This document shows positions 27,166 to 37,918 of a DNA stretch of 64,000 bases, piece after piece. Every line of letters starts with the position of its first letter. The first letter of the stretch is position 1. The stretch spans positions 45,570,001-45,634,000 of the forward strand of contig NC_043000.1 of the NCBI RefSeq assembly GCF_006345805.1, given 5' to 3'. The DNA comes from Octopus sinensis (taxonomy: Eukaryota). Position numbers and translations under genes: made by a program. The notes under the pieces are model-generated. The model was not told the DNA's origin. It did no database searches and worked only from the letters and a program-made list of their open reading frames with translations.

Positions 27166-27470
27166 CTATATATATATATATATTATATATATATATATAT
27201 AAAAAGTATCATCATCATCATCATCATCGTTTAAGCGGACGTTAAACGATGATGATGATGATGATGATACTCTTTTACTTGTTTCAGTCATTTGACTGTG
27301 GCCATGCTGGAGCACCGCCTTTAGTCGAGCAACTTGACCCCGGGACTTATTCTTTGTAAGCCCAGTACTTATTCTATCGGTCTCTTTTGCCAAGCTACTA
27401 AGTGATGGGGACATAAACACACCAGCATCGGTTGTCAAGCAATGTTAGGGGGATAAACACAGACACACAA

Positions 27471-27503
<33 letters not shown>

Positions 27504-27667
27504 CATATATACGACAGGCTTCTTTTAGTTTCCGTCTACCAAATCCACTCACAAGGTTTTGGTCGGCCCGAGGCTATAGTAAAAGACATTTGCCCAAGGT
27601 GCCATGCAGTGGGACTGAACCATGTGGTTGGTAAGCAAGCTACTTACCACACAGCCTCCCCTGCGCC

Positions 27668-27698
<31 letters not shown>

Positions 27699-28117
27699 GT
27701 GATGCACAAGAGTTTCCAGTAAAAATACACATAAAATTATTTTTCTCTGACCTTCAGAAATCATTGATAGATTTGGTTACCTATGTGGCCAAATTAGCAG
27801 CAGAAGTAAGTGTTCCACAACCATTGTCCTAGATTAAAAACAGGGTAAAAAGCATTTAGGGAGTTCTAACTGCTAGTGCTCTTCTAGCAAAAATGTTTTC
27901 TCTCTAACTGTGAAAGGCATACTATATGATCTTTGAGCATGAAATGATGCTGTGTGCTATGGATTTTGATTATAGAAGATTTATAAAAGATGGTAAAAAC
28001 TTCAGTGAGCATGCTTCAGGGAAATGTAAAAATTAGCATATATGAATAATAGAGTGAAAATGAATTGAGAGAAAACCTGGATATAAAAGGAAACAGATGT
28101 AGTTTACAAAGCACACA

Positions 28118-28200
<83 letters not shown>
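26150..28200. repeat. Tandem duplication, ~1020-bp unit (26150-27165 / 27166-28180), each unit containing a SINE family 2 copy (-)
   Basis: Offset 1018-1020 throughout. About three substitutions outside the microsatellites. SINEs at 26248-26647 and 27268-27667. Confidence 0.95.
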
Positions 28201-28213
<13 letters not shown>

Positions 28214-28285
28214 TCTTTACAATATCATAAATCAGGAGAAGAGCATAGCCTATAAACTATTTTTGTATGTGTAACATAATAGTTT

Positions 28286-28342
28286 AGAAAAATACCATTG
28301 GTTTCATATCTAGCATGAACTAGACATGTCTTCAGTTTCTCT
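28286..28342 (-). ncRNA. Minimal type I hammerhead ribozyme motif in PLE 3' UTR
   Basis: Minus strand: agagaaa-CUGAAGA-c-auGucuag(uucaug)cuagauau-GAAA-ccaAugg-UA-uuuuucu. Stem I is 7 bp, stem II 8 bp, stem III is palindromic ACCA/UGGU, with a GUA cleavage triplet (predicted cut after 28293). Confidence 0.75.
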
Positions 28343-28456
28343 AAACGATAACTGTTCCCTGCAAAGAATGTTTTTTTAAACACATGATAGTTCAAGAAAT
28401 ATTCCTCTCAAAAAATTATGACCGAGAATGTTGTCTTCCTTCGCTTGGTAACTAAT

Positions 28457-29618
28457 TTTACCAATTTTGAAGTAAAAGTTTCCGAAAATGTGTTCAACTC
28501 CCCATGGTTTCCATCCTGGTGTTCAGGTAACCTCCTGGCTCATATGAGTTCATGAGGATAATACATCTTTCTGCCATACACATTTTACACAGTCTTGTTC
28601 CATTGCAATAGGGTCCACAAGTTTCCAGTAATTTCCACCTGATTTAAAAGGGTATATGTTTGTCCTTTGGGCACCATACATATGCTGCGAATGTTGTGAT
28701 GCATCTCTCAGGGATCTTGAAAGGAGATCTGTGGTTGTTCAGGTGAATTTTAAATTTGGATTCACAAAATCCAACATAAATTTTAGTGTGTGTCCTTGTT
28801 TTGGCATTAATGCTACTGATATTTGTGCTGCTTATGTTTGAGGCTGCCTTTGCTTGGTACACTGTAGCCTCAGTGTTACAATGGCCATCCACTGGGCATT
28901 CATTTCTAATCCTGCATGAACAACCTGCCTCTGTCCATAGTTTAGGAGTGCTAAATAATTTCTTCTTAACATTGGGTGCACAACTGAAAGAGATTCTTAA
29001 ATTATGTCTGTTAAAGATCTTTCTATATTTGTTTGATTGTATGAAATGCTTATCAATCAGCATTAGAAAAATCTTACCTATGCATGTCCGGATGTTTAGG
29101 GAGAAGCAGGGAGCAAACCATAAGGTCTTGCAGTGGCATTTCCATTTATGGTTACTCAATCCTGGTATATATACCATATTCTCTTTGAACCCGCTGGCCA
29201 CTAGCACCTCATTGTAAGCGGGAGCCACTGCATTAAAACTATCTTTATTTGAAGATAACATCATAATCCGTTTGCTGATACATTTTATTAGGTTTTTGAA
29301 CACTATGAGTGGGTGGCAGGAGGCTGTATTAATGTATGATAGCCTTTCATTCGGTTTACAGTATGGTCTGTAGGTGCCACTAACTAGATCAAGTGTGACA
29401 TCCAAGAAGTTCACCAAGGTGACGTTAGTTTCTATGGTGATTTTAAGGCCAAAGATGTTGAGGGTGTGTATGATGTCTTTTCTAAGCCTGTCTAAAGTAT
29501 GGTGGTTAGTGCCTCTGGAGATGGCTAAAGTATCATCTCTATATAAGCCGAAGTGGACAGAGGGGAATTTATTACCCAGGCTGTTCAGAATGTAAAACCC
29601 TATAAGGTCGCAAATGTC
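28457..29618 (-). mobile_element. 5'-truncated Penelope-like element: RT C-terminus + Cys linker + GIY-YIG endonuclease
   Basis: Frame open from 29618 to the stop at 28644 (324 codons): ICDLIGFYIL, LYRDD, VNFLDVTLDL, YRPYCKP, SCHP, CSC...CPVDGHC, VYQA...IYVG. It continues past the stop as IRWKLL..GPYCNG..CKMCMAEK and LNTRME. Confidence 0.92.
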
Positions 29619-29680
29619 TAGTTCACACTAGATATGAAACCAATGTTTTTTTTTTTAATTATTACATTACACATACAAAT

Positions 29681-29724
<44 letters not shown>

Positions 29725-32700
29725 GCTCAGCATTTTAAAACTGTTGTAATACTTACAACATTTAATAAAATGATGTGGTACGAAACGATTGTACCAAATT
29801 ACCGGAGTCATTCTTCTTGCTTATTTTGATTATAATTACCCCATGGATTTTTTATGAATAACATCATACAGAATTCTGCTGCATCTAAATTAAGTACCAT
29901 ATTCATTTGAATCTAAATTTTTGTTGAACTTATATATATATATATATATATACATACACATACGCACATACACACATATATATATATCTCAAACAAGCAT
30001 TTTACAGTTTCTATCTTGCCTTCAGTTATTGAACTGAGGTCATTCTGGGGTATCACCTTTCAAGTGTTTCGTCAGATTAATTGAACCTATGACATAGAGA
30101 CTGGTACTTATTCTACCAATCCTAGAAGAATTAAAAGACTAATTTTATCTCTATAAGTTTCAAAGTGCAAAGCATGTTATATGATATCCTATTGATTTGG
30201 TTAACATATTCCATATATAGGCTGAGAAATATGCCAGTGTTTTCATATCTAAATAGCTTCATTTTCTTAAAATAACATTTTTTAAAAGTATTTCCTTATT
30301 TTACTTGCTTTAATTAACAGAATTTTTTTCTATGTGGGAGCAATAAATGTTAGAAACAGACTACTTGAATGAAACTAATCAAGTCTTCCTTTTGGAAGAC
30401 ATTCAAACTATAGTAATATAAGATATCAAACTTGGAACTTTTACCTAACATTCCAAAAATATTCTAAATATAATTACTTTTCTGAAAAGATAGATACCTT
30501 TACAATATCAGATATTTTTTTGATAACAGATAAAAGTAATCAATAGAATTATTTTTAATATTTCTTTGAAGATTGGGAAACAAAATTACACTTCTTGCTT
30601 ACATGTCATCTTCATATTCTCATATAAAGTAATATAAAAAAAATCTGTTCCTTCCAACTATAACTTAATTGCAATCAAATGGAATGTTTAGATGAAGTTA
30701 ACAAATATGAATGCCTGGAATTCAGTAAAAGAAAATTAGAAAATAGAAAAAAAATCTTGCAATATTTGTTTCATTTATCTGTGCTTTATGTTCAAATTCT
30801 TGTTAAGTTAATAGAATAACGTATCAGTCCAGGGAAATTGTCAGAATATCAGACCAGATGGTTTTGATCAAATTGTTTTGGTTCTTTATAATCTGAGTTC
30901 TTGGACAGTAAGCTTAATTTGCAATTCTGTTTAGCATTGCCATCTATTCAGGTCATGCCTCTATTTGTCACAAATTCTTACTTCTTATTTGCAACAAGGG
31001 CCCTAAAAAGAGGATCATGAGAGTCGCCCTTCTCCTTTTGACTAAATAGCAGATAAAAAGGACAGAAAAGAAACAAGAACACAGTATTTAATGGTGTAAG
31101 CATGCTAATAAAAAATAAATACAACATGATTGCTTAATGTAATTTGACTACAACTGTAGTTTGAAACAAAGTCTCATCACATTGATTTTAGTACAGAACT
31201 TATAAGAGTTGGGCTTGACTAGTTAGGGGTCTCAAAAACCAAGGAGAGGCCTGTGAACATCTCTTAGGAACTCTGTAAAAAAAAAAAGAGAGGGACCCTC
31301 ATAACTCACTCTTTTCCTTAGATCCAAAAGCAATCTTGTTTCACCTTGTCAAATTTTCTTGGCAGGCCTTACTTAAAGGTCAAACAGTTGTATATCATCA
31401 CAGACACTTTTTTAAAGACGCTTGCCTTTCAGTAACACTTCAAGGTTTGTAAACTTTGAACTATTGATATAGTTCACTGTTAGTTATTGTTGTATTTATT
31501 GTTATTTAGCCCCAGGTTAGTAGTGATTAACTGTTTTCTAGCAACCTATGATTAAATGTTTTTCAGCTATCACCGTTTTCTTTTCTTCAAGCATAGAGTT
31601 AACAACACTGGCATGTGTCTTTTCTTTATAATATTAAGGCGTGGTTTAGCTGTTAAAAAGCTGGGGGAAAAGTGTTTTCTGTCATTACAGATCCTAATAA
31701 GTACAGCACATCAAATATATAAGAAGTTTGCTTTATAACCATGAGGTTTCAGCTTCTATCCCTCAGTTTGGTATTATGGGTAAATGTCCTTTTCTATGAC
31801 CTCTGGAAATTAGCCTGATGGCAACTATATAGAAAACCTGATGGATTGCACCTCTATTTCAAATGTGCAGCCATATGATGCACACTGACTCATGCTTATT
31901 CAGCTTCTCAATTACATTAAGAGTACATATCTCTGCAGAATCCTCAGCCACTTACATTTTAATTGAGAAGTAGTACATTTGATGAACAGAGATCTATCAA
32001 TGCACAGATAGTGCATGGTTTATTTGTCACTATCGCTTAAATTCTAAGCTCCCCATCCATCTTGCTGGGTGATGCTGTTTATCTCCAGGTGAGTTCTGAT
32101 TGAGTAGGCTTATGATCAAAAATATTCAAGCCTTGACCACATGACATTACTAGAAATATGTAAGACCCCGTTAATATGTCATTTCTTTAAATAAGGAATG
32201 AGATGATAGGTAAGGATTTCAGGGAGACATGGCTATTATTTATAGCACAAAGTGGCCACATAGAGGCTCCTTCATTTGCAATTAAGTGTTGTGAGGGAAA
32301 ATAAATTTTATTATGAGTGCGCTACTTTCTAAAGGGGAGACAGTTACCATGGATAATAGTAATTCAATTTTCAACAGACAATTAATGTCATTGATAACTC
32401 CACAAGAGAGAGATAGCAATTAATCTTTCCATCAATCAATGAAAAAGCTTAATGAAAAATTGATTAACTTACTCTTATTGCTTAAGAACAATGTTTAAAA
32501 ATAGAGCTGCATTTTTATACCTGAATTTCTTAAGTGAGAGACAGTACATTCGTCAAATAAAATTCTGACTTCAAATTCACATCTAAGTCTGGATGTACAG
32601 AAATAATAATTAATTACTGTCATTAGTACAAGGCAACAATATAAACATCAGAGTTGTTTTCTATAGTGCTAATCTAATAAATTACACGAATCATATATCA

Positions 32701-33244
32701 ATTTGAATTGTCACAACTTTTGCTACTTTTACATTAGTAAAACAGTATTGTAGTTATATGAAAACTATTTACTGTATGTTTAATAATATGGAAAAACTGC
32801 ATTAATTCTGTTATTTTATCTCATAAGTAATTTCTTTTAAAGATATTCACATAATTAATTGCATCTTTTATTACATAATTATGTAACAGAAAGTATTAAA
32901 TTCAAAATCACTCTTTTGGATGTATTTGCTCATGACTGGGTCAGTTTGTAGATGGAAATATTAGAGTACTAGGTAAGACGCTTTACCATATTTACTTCTG
33001 TCTTTCTGTAATTTGACTTTTATTAACGTCTTAGCATTCTGGAGTTTTTGTGCTCAGTGGAGTTTTATATAACAGCAATATATAGGGATCACTTTATTTA
33101 ATTAAAATATTCTTCCTCTGAAAATACTGACCTTCATCATAGACAAAAGAAAATATGCAAATAGAAGTTTATTCTATGTATACTTAAACTTCTGTTGATA
33201 ATTATGTAATCTAATATACACCATAACAATATTTTTCATTTTTC

Positions 33245-33635
33245 TTTTCTTTTACTTGTTTCAGTTATTAAACTATCAGCCATGCTTGGTCACGACCCTG
33301 AAGGGTTTAGTCAGATAAATTGATCCTATCACTTTTTTACTTAAAGTTTGGTACTTATTCTATCAGTCGTTTTTGCCAAACTACTAAGCTACAGAGACAT
33401 AAGCAAATCAATACCAGTTGTCAAAAAATGAACACAAAGACAAACACACATAAATGGATACCTATATAAAATATACAATAGGCTTCTTTCAGTTTCTGTC
33501 ACCCAGTTCTACTCTCATGATTTTGGTCAAATCAGGGCTGGTGCAGTAAATACTTCTCCAAAGTGTCAAACGGTGGTACTGAGCCCAGAACCATGTGTTT
33601 GGGAAGTAAACTTCTTACCACACAATCACACTCAG
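33245..33635 (-). mobile_element. SINE family 2 copy (diverged)
   Basis: Collinear, degenerate match to family 2. Confidence 0.75.
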
Positions 33636-33990
33636 GACTAGAAGTATATTCCAGAACATTAAACAAGCAAGTCAAAGTGAATTAATTAGTCCTTAGGGGT
33701 ACTTAATTAGGAGGGCTACTTACATAAAGGCCCTTATAAATACTAATATCAGGAGGGTGGAAAACTAGGAAAGGGATAAATAGACTAATTACTAAAACCG
33801 TGATGAAATCTGACCAACTAGGCAGGAAAATTCATATTGAGAGTATACTAATTCTGAGTAGTACACTAACTAACTATACTATATAGCTCTCATTATATTA
33901 TAATATATGCAATGTACTTTAATTTCCAAACTAGAAATATTAAAAGTAAGTTTCCATCAAATTCAGTTCAAGCACAAGACCTATAAAGTG

Positions 33991-34571
33991 CTACTTTCGA
34001 AAATATTTAAAGGTATGGGTGATACTATGTACGCATGATACTCTAAAGTCTAATCTATTGTTAATCCGGTTGCACTTATCTTTATGCTTAAAAATTTCAT
34101 ATGTTTCCATAGAGCACAGCTCACACCCATATCTACTATTTATATAGGGCTGCACTTTTCTTATTATTTCCCATTCAAGGCTAAACCTAATTCTGCTTTC
34201 ATTCAGTTCCCAAATCTTACTAGATAATGACTTACAATTCGCCTTATGTTTAAGTTTTAAAGAGGAAATGTTATTAATTGAACAAGCAATATATATATAA
34301 AATTACTAGTTGTAGTTATTATTATACATTTATAAATTACGTTCTGGGTAAGACATTGGCCTAATAATGGACAGCAGGAGTTAACTCTACAATTGCAACT
34401 AGGAGAAATACTACTATTAATATTAGTATTAATAAAATTCATATCATTATTATTAATATTTTCACTATTAATATTTCTATTATTAAGTATGTTACGTTTA
34501 TGTCTGATGTAATCATTGCATTGAATCGATCGAACTGCATTACCACTGGATATCCTGTTGCTTATTTTCAT
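33991..34571 (-). pseudogene. GIY-YIG endonuclease-only ORF of PLE type, one frameshift
   Basis: MKISNR...[27 protein letters not shown]...FIYI, then in the shifted frame ACS...SLSSKIWELNE...LEWEIIRKVQPY...CELCSMETYEI...INNRLDF..SCVH..FRK*. Removing one TA from the ttttatatatatatt tract gives a 192-aa ORF. Confidence 0.8.
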
Positions 34572-34597
34572 TTTATATATACATATATATACATAAT

Positions 34598-34694
<97 letters not shown>

Positions 34695-34736
34695 TATAAA
34701 TATGTATATATATATATAATATATATATATATATAT

Positions 34737-34784
34737 AAAATCTGTTACTCTGAGTTTCTCGTTGCCGTTCATCAGACAGTTTTT
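34737..34784 (-). ncRNA. Minimal type I hammerhead ribozyme motif (copy 1)
   Basis: Minus strand: aaaacugu-CUGAUGA-acg(gcaa)cga-GAAA-cucAgag-UA-acagauuuu. Identical to the copies at 36435-36482 and 36503-36550. Confidence 0.65.
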
Positions 34785-35611
34785 GTTAGAAAGCATATTA
34801 TATATATATATATGCATATGTATATATTTATGTATATACATATATATACATATATATATTTATATATATATAGATATAAATATATGTACATAGATACATA
34901 CACACACACACAAACATATATTTATAGACATACGCTCATACACATACATATTTATGTTGGCATATAACGTCGAAGTTGAAGAATTCCCACAATAGGAACC
35001 AGGTGTATATCTGCAGAATTTAACTAGCAAACTAGATTATGCAAATCTTGTTAACTTCTTTAGATAGAGCACTGTCAGTCTGCTTCCTTGAACGATCACT
35101 AACAAAATCTATGTTCATACTAGCACACGCACACAGGCACACACGTGCACGTGCATATGTATGCACACACATGCACACATACACACCCACATAAATAGAA
35201 ACAGAGCCTGTCAGTTCTGATTAATAGTATTCTTGTGGGTTGGTTAACTTAACTACCTACTGAGTTAATCCCATTGTAAATGGTTGAGTATACCACAGAC
35301 TGATCTTTCCCTCAAATAATCCTCAAGCAGAATCATTTGGACACAGCGTGTGAAGAAGCTGAACTTTCCTAATACAGCTACTATCCACAAGGATTCCACA
35401 CTGTGGGTGTCAACACATTTTTACTCATAGGATGCTGTTGCCAGACCTCACTCTGTTTCCAAGCAAAGTGATATTTCCCCAAGATCAAACATGTTTTGCA
35501 GAATATTAGATGTGAACAATACTGCTGTTATAACAGTGTCACTCTTTTACAACTATCATGTAATGTCTAAACAAGGAGACACAAACATTCACACACTGGC
35601 ACTCACTTTCC

Positions 35612-35649
<38 letters not shown>

Positions 35650-35874
35650 TGCAAGCATACACACACTCACATATTATATGACAAACTTCATTTTATAACA
35701 AATTGACTCAGGAGATTTTGGACAGCCTGAGGCCATAGTAGAAGACACTTGCCCAAGGTATGACATGTAACTGAACTGAAAATTATGTTTGCAAACAAAC
35801 TTCTCAACTACATGATTATGTTTTCATAATATGCGTGTGTGTGTGTGTGAGTGTGTGTGTGGTGTGTGCTTGTG

Positions 35875-35905
<31 letters not shown>

Positions 35906-36061
35906 TGTGTGTGGTGTGTGTGTGTGTGGTGTGTGTGTGTGTGGTGTGTGTGTGTGTGTGTATTAATCGAAGTGCACAGTAATATATATCCATTAAACAC
36001 TATCTTGCCAATTGGTTTCATGCTAGAGGTTCAAGTGAGTGTTAAGTACTAACCTTATAGA

Positions 36062-36123
36062 GTAACCCTGCACTCTTCAGAGATGGCAGTTATGGATGCC
36101 ATCCCTGAAGAGTGCAGAGTTAC
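36062..36123 (-). ncRNA. Isolated 62-nt hairpin, pre-miRNA-like candidate
   Basis: 27-bp stem plus 8-nt loop. Both arm mismatches are G-U pairs on the minus strand (A-C on plus). No expression evidence. Confidence 0.4.
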
Positions 36124-36374
36124 ATAATCAGCTGCTACCTAAGACACTGTTGAACCCATAATGCAAAACTGATTGGTAAGATTGACTGTAATGGATGTAT
36201 AATACTGTACACTTTAATTAATATCCCCACTCTATTGACAATTATACAAGTGCATAATTTTTCTGACTTATGGATTCTTTGATGGCTAAATATATATATA
36301 TATAAATATAGATATATGTATGTATATAAATATGTGTATATAAATGTGTCTATATATATAAATATAGATATATG

Positions 36375-36406
<32 letters not shown>

Positions 36407-36578
36407 CTTTATTTTAAGCAGCAGAAAATTCAACAAAATCTGTTACTCTGAGTTTCTCGTTGCCGTTCATCAGACAGTTTTTGCTAGAATGGCCATTCTA
36501 GCAAAAACTGTCTGATGAACGGCAACGAGAAACTCAGAGTAACAGATTTTGTTGAATTTTCTGCTGCTTAAAATAAAG
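36407..36578. repeat. Perfect 172-bp palindrome (86-bp arms, no spacer) containing two hammerhead motifs (- 36435-36482; + 36503-36550)
   Basis: Arms checked base by base, centre at 36492/36493 (..gaatgg|ccattc..). On plus: CUGAUGA 36512-36518, GAAA 36529-36532, GUA 36539-36541. Confidence 0.95.
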
Positions 36579-36651
36579 CATATTACTCTACCACTGGTAT
36601 TTGAGTACTCTTTTTTCCACCTTGTTTCACATTTATGTGTTTACTCCGGTA

Positions 36652-36684
<33 letters not shown>

Positions 36685-36685
<1 letters not shown>

Positions 36686-37165
36686 CTCTTTACTCTTTTA
36701 ATCTTTTATTTGTTTCAGTCATTTGACTGTGCTCATGCTGGAGCACCACCTTTAGTCGAGCAAATCGACCCAGGACTTATTCTTTGTAAGCCAAGTACTT
36801 ATTATATTGGTCTCTTTTGCCGAACCACTAAGTTACGGGGATGTAAAAACAACAGCATCGGTTGTCAAGCGATGTTGGGGGGGACAAACACAGACACACA
36901 AACATATACATACATACACACACACATATATACATATATATATATATATTATATATATATATATATATAAATATAGATATATGTATGTATATATATATAT
37001 ACATATATACGACGGGTTTCTTTCAGTTTCTGTCAACTAAATTCACTCACAAGGCTTTGGTCAGCTATAGTAGAAGACACTTGCCCAAGGTGCAACGCAG
37101 TGGGACTGAACCCAGAACCATGTGGTTCATAAGCAAGCTACTTACCACACAACCACTCATACCTG
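36685..37165 (-). mobile_element. SINE family 2 copy with expanded (TA) centre
   Basis: Collinear match to family 2. Confidence 0.88.
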
Positions 37166-37194
37166 TATATATATACATATATATAATATATATA

Positions 37195-37246
<52 letters not shown>

Positions 37247-37247
37247 C

Positions 37248-37278
<31 letters not shown>

Positions 37279-37279
37279 C

Positions 37280-37312
<33 letters not shown>

Positions 37313-37329
37313 CATATATATACATATAC

Positions 37330-37360
<31 letters not shown>

Positions 37361-37400
37361 AATATGTGTATATAAATGTGTCTATATATATAAATATGTA

Positions 37401-37663
37401 TACAAATTATTTTATAATTATATATATAATTATAACAAGGGTTCAGCTTAATGCCTCACCATGCACTGCTAGAAACAGACGCTAAGGTCTTTTTTACTAC
37501 CTTAAAGTCTCTGAAAATAACATACTTATCGTAGGCAAGTGTTTTATTTTCAGAGAGTTTAAGGTTGTAAAAATGACCTTAGTGTCTATTTCTAGCAGTG
37601 TGTGGTGAGGCATTTAGCTGACCCCTTGTTATAATTATGTATATAATTATAAAATAATTTGTA
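37401..37663. repeat. ~263-bp imperfect palindrome (hairpin/MITE-like)
   Basis: tacaaattattttataatta...ataacaagggttcagc...gctagaaacagacgctaaggtc pairs with gaccttagtgtctatttctagc...gctgaccccttgttat...ataaaataatttgta. Loop near 37527-37535. Confidence 0.85.
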
Positions 37664-37749
37664 AAATTTACCTAAAAGTTTTTATTTCCATACTGGCTGC
37701 CTGGTGAAATCATTATTGATTTTACCCTCTATTATTATTAAATAATATC

Positions 37750-37816
<67 letters not shown>

Positions 37817-37887
37817 TATAATAAATATATATATATGTGTGTGTGTGTGTGTATGTATATGTATACATATATATACACACACACATT

Positions 37888-37918
<31 letters not shown>

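Noticed and set aside
29763-29800. Further GAAAC-palindrome-GUH fragments (gaaacgattgta at ~29782; gaaacaattgtc on minus at ~49935; ctgacga at ~37939)
   Set aside because: Each lacks either the CUGANGA box or the GAAA box, so none can be called a ribozyme.
30982-31041. Minus-strand 60-nt exon-like segment (strong pyrimidine tract, GTAAGA donor)
   Set aside because: Two frames are open with no recognisable peptide. It cannot be distinguished from a pseudo-exon without RNA data.
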